Notes: generated by a model from the letters alone, not told the origin. Positions 20,501 to 30,600 are shown, numbered from the stretch's first letter. The stretch: DNA of 64,000 bases from a bacterium (GCA_965216315.1 CBDCFN010000016.1:704001-768000); one strand, 5' to 3'. Translations and numbers: made by a program.

Positions 20501-21253
20501 GCGGCGCATCGGATTCTTGGCCAATAAGGCCTTGAGGAGGCTCTCCAGCGTCTCCTTGTAAGGATGTCGAGAAAGGAAGGGGAACGAAGGCTCCTCATTC
20601 AAATGAAATGCAATCATGGCCTCAGATTGGAGTGGGAAAGGTAATTGCCCCTTATTTAGAAGCTGGTAGAGTATCATGCCGAGGGCATAGAGATCCGACT
20701 TGGCAGTGGGTTTCCCTTGTTTGATGAGTTCAGGGGCCATATATGCGAGCGTTCCAGCCGCAGCAGATTTCTCCTTGTTTCCCTTTTTTAGGCTCGCAAG
20801 TCCGAAGTCTATCAATTTAACGCGGCGGGTTTTCTTCTCGAGAAGGATATTGTCGGGCTTGATGTCTCCGTGAATGACTCCTTGAGTATGAATATAGGAA
20901 AGACCGCGGCAGAGTTGGGCGATGATTTCCCACCACGCTTTGCCTTTGACGAGCTTGATTCCCTTATCTAAAGAAGCACCTTCAATATACTCTGTTACCA
21001 TGAATGGTTGTGGCTGATCCTGATCCGTCAGGCCACAGTCAATAACCTCAACGACGTGAGGATGATAAAGGGATTGAAGGAGTTTGAATTCTTTATTGAA
21101 TGTTGCTGACTGAGACTTCGATGTCAGTAGTTTGACGATACAGTATGCATTTCCCAGCAACACATCCTCAGTAAGCCAAACAGTACCAAAACCACCTTCT
21201 CCGAGCTGCTTCTTTAGCCGATAGCGTCCATTAATGAGTGCGGGTGAGGTCAT
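17600..21253 (-). CDS. Ser/Thr kinase-TPR-GAF-sigma54 activator-like AAA+-Fis HTH protein
   Basis: GEGGFG, HGDIKPDN, DFG and GTLAYMAPE; TPR-like helices; GAF (LRSILAAPI..GALYVDH); GELGTGKD, TLYIDE and WPGNVRELE; HTH NKARAAKQLGLSR. Start taken at MTSPAL. Confidence 0.9.
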   Translation of the reverse strand: MTSPALINGRYRLKKQLGEGGFGTVWLTEDVLLGNAYCIVKLLTSKSQSATFNKEFKLLQSLYHPHVVEVIDCGLTDQDQPQPFMVTEYIEGASLDKGIKLVKGKAWWEIIAQLCRGLSYIHTQGVIHGDIKPDNILLEKKTRRVKLIDFGLASLKKGNKEKSAAAGTLAYMAPELIKQGKPTAKSDLYALGMILYQLLNKGQLPFPLQSEAMIAFHLNEEPSFPFLSRHPYKETLESLLKALLAKNPMRRPNDALEIITLLNKKHKLALAVHRSAVASEEESIFFQTIDDYLEATDPLLQMSSVNNPQSFLDAESQRIEKYLTVARDLPKKDTAELIDRLHETQMRLLIQQGRYNDALKLKSRTPRINNVRALAQIYLEKFAEAERLLKSVHQTAKKPIDKARALNYLGMASYNQGELEAARPYFEKSLKEMKRLKETTGIVSNSMNLAAIAQQQGDIATALQLYREALKAAQNLQNSFLLAILLSNMANLLLQVGSLDEAEEHLSKSSELAQQLGMTFITAYNLLLEADISMWREDSESADKVLEYAMETFEQLKAPQYLALAQVSYAENALRHHHHAAFEKRLTQAETFVNKSSLPDTRFRLAILKVRQKLIQAQPPKQLPQELNKLKQSADGTKQEFRVLACMALWALGHRKQEDLKTHIEKMHEIFETERETLPIAYRSQIAQSPRYAILWELQDKQRRLQEAPADASLWSLIEINKRIAAQRDTKKLYDVILDAAIELTNAERGFIITPGESKRDAWQIQAAREFRKRDLPGGRDLLSQTIIKRLLKSKQPLLIQNALEENSLAKFRSVQALKLRSILAAPIISHGNILGALYVDHSQTANLFEKKNLELISAFADQAGIALNNATLYEEALQRQKELDQAHNKLAELNKRLQLDLDETSNWAERLEEELKEAQHVGKVVTRSVAMQHILKRFSTLAKIRRPVILSGELGTGKDHMAKVLHAQTESHPLIMLIASNLPRWKTDSLEANALTEAFTRARGGTLYIDELSEIPIPYQRELRNFLSSQKNEKNYNVFCIISSRLGLKETLKKGLLTPELNRLLTGSEIRIPPLRKRKEDITPLANHFLNHLSATRGIKRKISRRALALFQEYDWPGNVRELELEIERAALSAQTTIGPNGTLPDTTLLQEVGFVPGTFKKSAPELQNQRAEFERDLILQALEKTGWNKARAAKQLGLSRAMLYIKLKKYQIPLK

Positions 21254-21260
21254 TCTCGCT

Positions 21261-21278
21261 AGTCTAATATAATTGACA
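21261..21278. promoter_or_regulatory. Palindromic operator/upstream activator site, copy 1
   Basis: AGTCTAATATAATTGACA. The 17-nt core matches 22586-22602 at 16/17 positions. Confidence 0.55.
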
Positions 21279-21417
21279 CTAGTTAGTAAAGAGAATGGGC
21301 CAATAGGTCCCACTTTGGGGGCAACGTCCCGACTAAGGGTGATGCTCCGATAGCGATACTCCTGGAATAGTTTAGTAATTACAATGAGTTAAAGGAATGT
21401 CGCTGAGGCGATATCAT

Positions 21418-21433
21418 TGGCACTTTGCTTGCA
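21418..21433 (+). promoter_or_regulatory. sigma54 -24/-12 promoter
   Basis: TGGCAC-TTTGC-TTGCA. Confidence 0.85.
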
Positions 21434-21510
21434 ATTACCTGTCGATGTGCGACGGCAAATGAAACGCCGAACTTAATAACGGAAGCCGAGAGGCATGGGA
21501 GATTAGAGCG

Positions 21511-22317
21511 ATGAAAAAATTTAATTTAGGACTTATTTGTTTAGCTTTGTTTGTAGCAACCGGGTGTAATTACGATGGTTATGATTATGATGCACTTGCT
21601 GACGTAGATGACATTGATATCAGCGACAATGCGGGCCATTCAGATGGCACTATTGAAGTGACGAATCAAGAAGAGATGCAAGATATTGATAATGACATCC
21701 CTGAAGCGCAGACAGAAGTTGAAGTTTTTCAGGGTGACTCAAGTGCTGACGAAATTGATATGGCCGATGATAATGACATTGACCTTGAAAAGACTCCAAG
21801 CTGCAAGGTTACAACGAGTTCCGAACAGATAAGAGAGGGCGAAGAAATCCGCGTGACAGTCAGACATTCTTATGCTGTTGCCGGGAGAGTTGTGACAGGC
21901 TGGGTTAGTGAAGGCCGCATAGAACATGAAGTTAAGGAAATTAGCCGGCTGAATCCTGCTGTTGGGTCTCAATTTTCCTTTGATGAAGATGAGACACGGT
22001 CTGCAGGAGCTATCTTCTTGGCAGCCATCGTATGGAATGAAGAGGGTAAAGTAGCTCGATGCTCAACGACCGTCAGTGTCGTTGGTGCGCTTGATTTAGA
22101 TGACAGCGTCATGAATGACATCAGAAATCGTATCCGTGGCCTCGATTTGCAATTCGAAACGAAAATTCCCGAGGTGCCTTTTGGGCCGGATATCGACCCG
22201 GAGAAAGGACTTGTGATTGATGGCGGACTTCCTCAGGTCGATCCACAGCTTCAAGAAGCTGTCTTAAGTCATGGCTTTGGTGAAGCTATCCCGGTGTTTG
22301 AAACGATAAGCGATTAA
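21511..22317 (+). CDS. Acidic hypothetical lipoprotein
   Basis: MKK, hydrophobic stretch and ATGC lipobox, followed by an Asp/Glu-rich region. Confidence 0.75.
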   Translation: MKKFNLGLICLALFVATGCNYDGYDYDALADVDDIDISDNAGHSDGTIEVTNQEEMQDIDNDIPEAQTEVEVFQGDSSADEIDMADDNDIDLEKTPSCKVTTSSEQIREGEEIRVTVRHSYAVAGRVVTGWVSEGRIEHEVKEISRLNPAVGSQFSFDEDETRSAGAIFLAAIVWNEEGKVARCSTTVSVVGALDLDDSVMNDIRNRIRGLDLQFETKIPEVPFGPDIDPEKGLVIDGGLPQVDPQLQEAVLSHGFGEAIPVFETISD

Positions 22318-22350
22318 AAGAGTACACCTCTAAGCACCCACCTCCCGATA

Positions 22351-22382
22351 GAAAGGCGCTCCTTGTGAGCGCCTTTCTTTTT
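22351..22382 (+). terminator. Rho-independent terminator
   Basis: GAAAGGCGCTC-CTTGT-GAGCGCCTTTC followed by a T-tract. Confidence 0.85.
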
Positions 22383-22584
22383 ATCTGCTATGGATGCTGC
22401 GCTGGTTGTAACGAATAAAGGTTTCCCAAGGGGAGGCCTGGGTGTCTCGGATGCGGAGCTGTGGAGGACCACAAGCTTCGACGAGACACCCAGGCTGTAG
22501 GCCATGGCCCTACGGTGCGATGTTATGTGTATCGTAAGTCGGTCGATCATTGTTGCTCGATATGAGTGATCGACTCAATATAGG

Positions 22585-22602
22585 TGTCTAATATAATAGA
22601 CA
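22585..22602. promoter_or_regulatory. Palindromic operator/upstream activator site, copy 2
   Basis: TGTCTAATATAATAGACA, about 145 nt upstream of the sigma54 box at 22730. Confidence 0.55.
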
Positions 22603-22729
22603 GAATATAAATATAGATAGAAGCTTAGGGACCTCAGCTGGGGGACTCAAGGCCCTACAGCAGAATCCTTGCCCATTAATAATCTAAATAAAATCAATAA
22701 GATACATCATTTTTGCGATCACGGTATTT

Positions 22730-22745
22730 TGGCACTCCGGTTGCA
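22730..22745 (+). promoter_or_regulatory. sigma54 -24/-12 promoter
   Basis: TGGCAC-TCCGG-TTGCA. Confidence 0.85.
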
Positions 22746-22805
22746 ATACTAGTGAGGCGTTGGATGCAATAATTATTTCCGTCGATGACGGGGGAGGATG
22801 CTGAA

Positions 22806-24870
22806 ATGAAAAAATCAATCAATCTTATACTTGTGGCAGCCCTATTTATTATGGGCGGATGTGCGGGTGAATTGCCGTTGGAAGTCGGTGATATTAAAAT
22901 CATTGACGCTCCAGTTGTTGAAGAAGTGAAGACGGCGCCTGAGACGGTCGAGGCAACTGTAGCTTCAGATGAAGGGGAAGTTGTTGATGCTCCTAACGTA
23001 CAAGAGCTTTGTGAGAATAAGTCCGGATGTCACTGGGTATCTCAGGGCTTCTGTTTATGTGATGACGTGGATCGGGGAACAGATAGTGATGATGAGAATG
23101 TTCAAGATGATAATGGTGATGAAAACCAGGATGAGGCTGCTCCCATCTGTTTTCTTGCGACCGAGAATAGGGATATTGCTCAGGGAACTGAGTTTAAAGT
23201 CATATTTACTGCGCTTAACTCCAATAAAGGTGAAATCCACGTTCTTTGGAATGAGGGCGGAGAGATTGTTTCTTTAGCAGACAAAAGGATTCTGTCTTTT
23301 GAAAACATCCCTGCTTACGGGGTTGAGGTGACGCTCAATGCGCCTCTATCGGTCGGAATGGCCTCAATGAGCGCTTTTACTGAGAATGAGAGTGGGGATA
23401 AATCGTTATGTAACCTGGATATTAATGTCACAGAGGGTTTCAGCTATCTGATGAGAGAGATTCCGGCGACGACTGTCACGATGATTGGGACAGTGAATCT
23501 GGAAGAGAATGAATCACCATGGCCACAGCAATTCAGTCATGAGCAGAGCCGGGTGACGTCCGTACGCAGTTGGGCGGAAGTCGTTTATGCATCAGGAAAT
23601 AACGCCAATGGTTCAGGCTTTGTGAAGGCCTACAATCGGATCGAAGCTGGAACGCTAGAAGGTCTCAATTCTCATTGGGAGCAGACTATTGAGGGCTCTA
23701 ATGTCAAAGTAACGGGAAGTTATGCCCGTTCCTCACAGCTCTATGTGACCAGTCATGATCAATCCGAATGTGTTTCCGGGCGCCGTGTTGCCGGGCGTTC
23801 TAAACTTCATCACTATGATGGTCAATATCTAGCTCGCCCGGACCATCCCGGATTAACCAATAGCGGCTGGAATGTTGATCTTGGCAATATACGAGTGGGC
23901 GACTCCGGTGGAATCATGGCCAGTGGTACAGCTTACTTTGAAGTGACCCCCCCTGGATGTTGCAGTGTCACGTGAAGCTATCTATGTCGTTGGTGAAGCG
24001 CGCATAATACGTAATGATAATACGGTCGGATGCGATAGTGAAACCTATGCTGATGCCGCGGTTCTAAAATATGACTTTAATGGAAACCGCCAAGGGTTTA
24101 AACGATATAATCGTGTCCGGTCTGCGTTGACGGCTGTTGATGTGGCCCCGAATGGTACGGTGTATGTTGCCGGTTGGGCTGAAGGCCGAGTGGCTCGAAG
24201 TGACGGAGACAGCCATCAAGGCGCAAAAGATATCTTTGTGATGCATTTGAGTCAAAGACTTGAAGGTATCAGGGCGGTGCGCCAATATGGAACAGAACTT
24301 GATGATGTTGTCACAGATCTAGTTGCTGTTGATAATCTTAATTTCTATGTTGTTGGCCACACACGTGGTGAACTGGACCGCAATGGATACGGCAAGTTCG
24401 AAAATGACCGCGATGCCTTCCTTATGCATTTTCAGATAGATCCCGACTTAAGTACACGTAACTTTTACTCGATGGATACGCATGACATTGTGCAGTTCTT
24501 TCGTGAGGGCGATCAAAGTGCATCCGGCGTTGACTATAGTGTTGACGCCGGGCTCGTAATCGCTGGCCATACGCATGGTGCGTTTACACGTGATGGCCTC
24601 TATGGGCAAAATCATGATGCATTCTTGGTGACGTATCGCGATGTTTCTAATCTACGCCAGAATTTTGGAGTTATTCAGCTCGGAACGGAGAGTACGGAAA
24701 AAGTGACGGGTGTTTGTCTTTCTGCAGACTCGTACTTGATCGCGGGCTACACCCGCGGAAACTTCATTAATCCCGACTCACGTGTTTTGTCTGATAAGGG
24801 TGTCATTTTGCGGGTTAAGCAGGATGGATTAGTCCCGGTCGGAATTAACGAAAATCATTATGTACGCTGA
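22806..24870 (+). pseudogene. Lipoprotein with C-terminal SBBP-like beta-propeller, split by one extra C in a C7 tract (ORFs 22806-23975 and 23965-24870)
   Basis: Lipobox MGGC. Removing one C at 23947-23953 joins the frames as VTPLDVAVSREAIYVVG, matching the later repeat AVDVAPNGTVYVAG. Could be phase variation, decay or a sequencing error. Confidence 0.65.
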
Positions 24871-24951
24871 AGCGATATTTAAGCTGTAAACTGCAAAGCC
24901 GAGAGTGTCGATTGGCTCACATGTAAGAGCGGCGCCGGGAGGAGTGCCTTT

Positions 24952-25929
24952 TCAGCGTCTTGGGTGAGTTTGCCTAGGCGCAGCCTGCGTTGGTGCGTGA
25001 ACACCTTTTGCCGTGCTTGCGTTCAAGGAATCGTTCCATTGTTTTATCTCATCGGCGCTGATCTCGTTGCTGTAGTATTGAGCGACAAAGGCCATGCCCT
25101 CATCGGACATCAGGGCGGCTTCGATGCTGCCATACTGATCGCGAAGCTCTCGAAACGTGTTGGCGACCAATCCAAGATTAATGCCTTCTCCCGCGCCGGT
25201 CGGTAAGAGCTCTGGGTACTCAACGATTTCATCGAGTGGAATACCCTCGATTTCTTTGTAGACGGCATCACGATTGATAATCCCTTCCAGGACGGGGGCT
25301 ATTTCGTGAGTGGCGATATCAATCTCGGAGAGGGCCTCGTCTTTTGTGCCGACGAAGATTCGCTCGGCATGATCCAACTCGTGTAAAGCGACAAGATAAC
25401 TCGGATTGAAGTATTGTTCATCGCCGTGAGTGATAACCATACCGCCGATGTCGACGATGATTTCCGCTGACCAAGGTTGGTAGAGATTGGCTTCGTGGAT
25501 CAAGGTAATGCCGGGCCAGGCCGTGTCGTGGCCCCAGTCGATTGCAGCTTGGGGGTCCAGGTCATGTTCTGTGCAGTAATCCAGATAGAGCTGGCTTGAA
25601 AGGCGGTTGGCATCGACCGCCATGGAGACGGGGATCATCTTGAAAGTAGAGCGGCCGTCATCCACTTCGGTGCTGGCAAATCCAGGCAATTGTGGATTAT
25701 CGAAATAGAGGGCGTTGCCAAAACGCAGAAACGCCGGATTGTTCTGGGCAAAAAGCTTGTACTCATTGTGATCCAATGCCGAAAGCCCAACTATGGCGGA
25801 GTCCCATTGATGAATTCCACCCGAATTAATATCTTCAGGAGAGAAAGGATTACTCGGCCCTGTTGGGATCAGGATGTCTGATAGTTTGTCTGTACTGATC
25901 GGAACCAGTATTGTCGTTGCTTCGCTCAT
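24952..25929 (-). CDS. Hypothetical HExxH protein, paralog B
   Basis: YLVALHELDH..., clearly similar to 25933-27243 (NPAxLRFGxALYFDNP, DDGRSTFKMIP, GLVANTFRELRD). Confidence 0.75.
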   Translation of the reverse strand: MSEATTILVPISTDKLSDILIPTGPSNPFSPEDINSGGIHQWDSAIVGLSALDHNEYKLFAQNNPAFLRFGNALYFDNPQLPGFASTEVDDGRSTFKMIPVSMAVDANRLSSQLYLDYCTEHDLDPQAAIDWGHDTAWPGITLIHEANLYQPWSAEIIVDIGGMVITHGDEQYFNPSYLVALHELDHAERIFVGTKDEALSEIDIATHEIAPVLEGIINRDAVYKEIEGIPLDEIVEYPELLPTGAGEGINLGLVANTFRELRDQYGSIEAALMSDEGMAFVAQYYSNEISADEIKQWNDSLNASTAKGVHAPTQAAPRQTHPRR

Positions 25930-25932
25930 TCT

Positions 25933-27243
25933 CTAGTGGCTATTTCCAGACATCCGCGGTGTACCGCCGGTTCTGCCGATTGTATTTTGTAGCGGAATAT
26001 GAGTTCCTACTCCTTGGTCGCGCGATACGGCTTTATCGGGGTTGAGAACGTGACTCCATTTCTCTCCCTCTTCGGCACTGATTTCATTGCTGTAATATTG
26101 AGTGACAAAGGCCATGCCTTCATCGGACATCAAGGCCGCTTCGATGCTGCCATGCTTATCACGAAGCTCACGAAAAGTATTTGCGACCAAGCCTAAATTG
26201 ACACCTTCACCAATGCCCGTCGGCAAGAGTTCGGGATATTCGACGACTTCATCAAGCGAGATATCGTTAATAGTTTTGTAGATGTAATCACGATTGATGA
26301 TTCCTGTTAAGACCGTGGCGACTTCGTGCATTGAACTATCCAGAGTCGTAGGTTGGACTTCAGGGCTGCCGACTTCTTTGCGCTCAACGTGACCGAGTTC
26401 GTGGATAGCGACCAAATAGGCCGGATTATAGTAGCCCCCGCTGTCGTCGGTTATGGTCATGCCGGCCATTTCCACGTAGGGCATGGTATTCCAGGAATTG
26501 TACTCATTGCCTTCGTGCGTCCAGGTGACCCCAGGCATAAAATCTCCGTTAGACCAGCTGATAGCGGTTTGCGGGTCCAAATTATTTTGCTCGCAATAGT
26601 CGATATAAAGTTGACGCGCGACTTCATCGGCCTCTTCTGCCAATTTGATAGGAATCATCTTAAACGTGGACCGACCGTCATCTTCCGAATCATTTGTAGA
26701 CCCGGGTAAGAGTGGATTGTCAAAATAAAGGGCGTGACCAAAGCGAAGTAACGCCGGATTGTCCAAGGCGAAGGTTTCGTAGGCTTCAAGTTCTTCGGCA
26801 TGAACTCCAACGATAGGGGACCGTTCATAGTGACGTCCTCCATCATCAGCGTCAGGATCAGCGACGAAAAAGGTAAAGCTTGTGTTAGTCGGATCCAACG
26901 CTACGGAAGTGCCGCCGCGATAGACGTGTCCGGAGAGCATTAAATAACCACTAGTTGATTCCAGGCAGGTATCGTCGCTAACATTATTCGCCATTTGACT
27001 GAAAAACTTTGCCTGGAGTTGAGCGGATGAGTTTTGTGTTAGCCCTGCCTGAATCGAATCGGGAAGTTGACCGTAAAGTATATAGGCATCCGTCGAGGAG
27101 ATCGCGGTCAACAAAGAAAGATCGGCACCGCTTGCTATGGCTTCTTCAAGCTCACGGTCGTTTAAGCTGTCATCATTGTTTTGATCATAAAGGAGCGCAG
27201 CGATACTACCGCCCACCTCTAGAGAGTCTGCTGTTGCACCCAA
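25933..27243 (-). CDS. Hypothetical HExxH protein, paralog A, with an EF-hand-like loop
   Basis: YLVAIHELGH...HE and DQNNDDSLNDREL near the N-terminus. TTG start with GGAG upstream. Confidence 0.75.
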   Translation of the reverse strand: MGATADSLEVGGSIAALLYDQNNDDSLNDRELEEAIASGADLSLLTAISSTDAYILYGQLPDSIQAGLTQNSSAQLQAKFFSQMANNVSDDTCLESTSGYLMLSGHVYRGGTSVALDPTNTSFTFFVADPDADDGGRHYERSPIVGVHAEELEAYETFALDNPALLRFGHALYFDNPLLPGSTNDSEDDGRSTFKMIPIKLAEEADEVARQLYIDYCEQNNLDPQTAISWSNGDFMPGVTWTHEGNEYNSWNTMPYVEMAGMTITDDSGGYYNPAYLVAIHELGHVERKEVGSPEVQPTTLDSSMHEVATVLTGIINRDYIYKTINDISLDEVVEYPELLPTGIGEGVNLGLVANTFRELRDKHGSIEAALMSDEGMAFVTQYYSNEISAEEGEKWSHVLNPDKAVSRDQGVGTHIPLQNTIGRTGGTPRMSGNSH

Positions 27244-27340
27244 GTTTTACTTCTCCAACGCGTTTAGTTAAGTGATGTCGGCGTCAGTCGACGCACGACT
27301 CGTATTGATAGTTAATGGCGCACCCATTGCCCGCTAGCTC

Positions 27341-27356
27341 AGCAAGAAATGTGCCA
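27341..27356 (-). promoter_or_regulatory. sigma54 -24/-12 promoter (leftward)
   Basis: TGGCAC-ATTTC-TTGCT on the - strand. Confidence 0.85.
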
Positions 27357-27578
27357 ATTCGTAGTGATGAAAGGGTGAGATGCTTTTGACCGCTGGTTGA
27401 GAGTCAATGAAAAGGGAAATACAATCCGCGTAGCATTCGTTAAATGTCAATTAATGAGGTAAAAATCCCTAAAATTGAGGTGTAAACACCCCGAAATATG
27501 AAATTTTTTAAAATATTCTAAGTGGGAAAAGGCGCTTGAGTCCCCCATAATCGGGATAATTGAGCTCCTTGGTCGTCT

Positions 27579-27594
27579 TGGCACAAGAATTGCT
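27579..27594 (+). promoter_or_regulatory. sigma54 -24/-12 promoter (rightward)
   Basis: TGGCAC-AAGAA-TTGCT. Confidence 0.85.
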
Positions 27595-27622
27595 GACTAG
27601 GCGGCTGAGGAGTGTGTATTAG

Positions 27623-30600
27623 TTGGGTGCAGATGCGACTTGTCCCTTAGGGACAGATCCCATTTATGACATCAATGGCGAATTAATAACCGATGCGGCG
27701 GGTGCGCCGATTTGCACCGGTGACGTCATTGACTTGTCCACGATTAAACCCGAATCCATTGTTGTCAATGGATTCACGGGTACGGGAACGGATATGTTCT
27801 ACGTCGTGGAATGTTCCGACGGTTTGTCCGGCGACTGCCAAGTCATCGAAGAAGAATCTTCAGTTCTCTCCAATAGCCAGCAACTCTTGTACGGGCCGAC
27901 AGATTCCATCACCTCGACCTCAAATACTCTTTCTTCGCAAGAGTTCGTCGTCATGCAGCAAGAGCGCATACGTCTTCAGTTGCTTGTCACTCAGGCGGAA
28001 GCGCTTTCAGGTTATGATGCCAGAGACTTGCTCATGGAAGCGGCGCGTGGTTACGCGGAGCTCGGTGATAAGCGAACGGCAGCTCTTGTCGGGTATCAAG
28101 CTTACGAAATCAAAAATGGACTTGGTAATCGGGATCGAGAGGATGTTGCGAGGTGGGCGCGCAGTGCCGACCTCTACCATATTGCCTATAAGCTGTATAA
28201 AGAAGGTGAGGAGATCTTTGATCTAGAAGAGTTCCTCGCTGACGATGACCCCGACAATAAGTGGCTCCGAAAAATGTTGACGGACCTAGATGAGTGGACC
28301 GATGCGGCGCAACGCCTGATTGATGCAGGTTATTATAGTGATGCTTTAGCGGTGCTTGAGTACGCGGAGCATATCAATGAAGGCGACGTCAATCCCGATA
28401 ACGGGGCCTGTTTGTTCTTTTGTCCTTATACGGAACCGGAAGAGAATATTTCCGATGAAATCCGCCGCCTGCAGGCGATTGCCGAAGAAGGTCCGTCTCT
28501 GGTTGAAGCGCCTATGCTTAGTGATTTACCGCTGCTTGAGGATTTGCCAGCGGATTCCGCTGTTGATGCCACGACGACATTCACGATGGAGTATCTTCAG
28601 GGTGAAGCGCTGGCCCGACTTGAAGTCCTGGAAAGCTTTCAAACGACTTCAAATCTGAGCGCGCTGACGGATCGGGCGGTAGAACTGATTACCGTAGGTT
28701 ATATTTCATTGCAGCAGGGTGATCTCGAACAGGCGTGGATTCAATTGGATGAAGGTTTTAGGCTTTACGACGGTTTAATTAGATATCGAGAAGCTGAATC
28801 TAAATATGTAGCGACCATGAATTTCTTTGCCGCTTCGCTGCCAACCAATGGCACGTTTCCCTCCGGCAATTTCAATTCTCTCGGTGAGTTGGCAGATGCC
28901 TGCGAGGGTGATCGTTATTACGCCAATTTTTCCGGAAACGTTCTCTACGATCAGTATTCGGCGGCGGATGAAACCATCGTCGCAGCGGTCGATGCTCTCT
29001 GGTACTTTAATACGAATAAATCTCCGGCGAATAACCGTGGTCCGATTCCCCAAACGCTTGCCGATCTGAATGCCGTTACGGCGCAATACGAAACGCTGGC
29101 GCAAAGTCCGGAAGTTGTTGCTTTTGTGCAGTCGGTGCAGGAGGTCCAAGGTCAAGACTATCTCGAACAACTCGCCGATGAACCGGCCTTTGCGGATCGC
29201 GTCGCGCTTGGTACCAGCATTGAAAAGCTGACGGTCATGTTGGCGGTTCAGGAACAGCTCGGTTCTGACCAATTAGAGTGGAACGAAGAGTCATTGAATC
29301 AGGTGCGCGCTGAGCTTGTCAACTTGGCCATGACTTACGGTGAGGACGGTGAAGCCATCGTCGCCACGTTGCAAGGACTGAATTTTAGTGATGCCGCGCA
29401 GCACGAAGTTGGAAAGACGCAGTTGATTCAGAGCATTGAGGATATCGCAAAACTCGAAAAAGCGCAGGCTTTGGATCTATTAGACGCGAATATCGAGCAT
29501 ATTGAAGAGATGGACACGGATGACGAGGATCCTCTGAAGCAGATTGCATCTGATGTGGCGGATGTGAGGGGCTCCTGCGCGACTTTGTCGGCTTACCTGG
29601 ATGATGTTCAACGCTTGGCGGAAGATTTAACATTAGAGACTCAGGATCGCACGGCCTATTCCATGCTGCAGATGACGGAAGAGCAGCTGAAGCCCGTTGC
29701 GGAAATGTGGAGCACGATTAATGCCGGCGTGACTCTCGGTGGTTTATTGCCGGACCGTGAATTGGATGGGACGAATGCTCATGATGCGTACATTAGTCGT
29801 CTTGAAGATGTCCGTGACACTATCGCGACGATTCGCAACTTGAGTCCGACGCGTTACAACGCAGCGGAGCGCCGCGCGGAATTGATTCAGGACGTTAATG
29901 CTGAATTCAATCTGCTCGTGGGGCCGCAGCACCAGGCTTACTTCGCCGAATACGCGGAAGATGCGACCTATTTCAACTTGGCCGTGGGCGCGGCCGTTAT
30001 CGTCGGGTCCATGATTGTCGGTGGCTGGATCGGCGGCATCGCCAAGGCCGGGGCGATGACGATGGGAGCCCCGCGCATGGTGGCGAGCGCGATCGGCTTT
30101 ATCGCCAATATCAGCGCGTTTACGACGACCGAATTGATCTTGATGCCGGGGCAGCAGCTTTGGGATAGCAACTTATCGACCGGCGATAATGTGACGAAAT
30201 TTTTGGGACGTTTCGGTCATAACGCCGTCATCGTCGGGACTTTGGGAGGGACCCTGAAGCTCGTCAACCGCGGCGCGGAATCCGTTATTCTTGCGCGTGC
30301 TGAAAGTCAGTTGATTAGTGAAGGGGCAATCGTTGCCGGCGAAGGTTACAGTATCGAGATGGCGACGCTCCTCTTTGAGCGCGCGGCCACGATACGGGCC
30401 ACTTGGACGGCGACGGGATTGGTCTACGGCACGTCATTTGCGGCGGAAGGAACCGTGTTTATGGCCCTGAATACCGGTGAGGCCGTTTATCAGCATGGTC
30501 TTTCGAAGGGTCTCGACCAATCGCTTTTCTCTGAGCAGGCCTGGCGGATGAATTTCCTTAACTTACTGCTGATCAAGACGATGCATCGTGGGGTGACTTA

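Noticed and set aside
21440..21500. Possible c-di-GMP riboswitch in the leader (GGCAAA and small hairpins)
   Set aside because: The GAAA tetraloop stem and the GCAAAGC second stem of the class I consensus are not recognisable.
27268..27330. 19-aa ORF (MGAPLTINTSRASTDADIT, - strand) and an extra TGGCGC-N5-TTGC on the + strand
   Set aside because: The ORF is too short and has no RBS. The plus-strand box has no nearby gene. Both could be chance.
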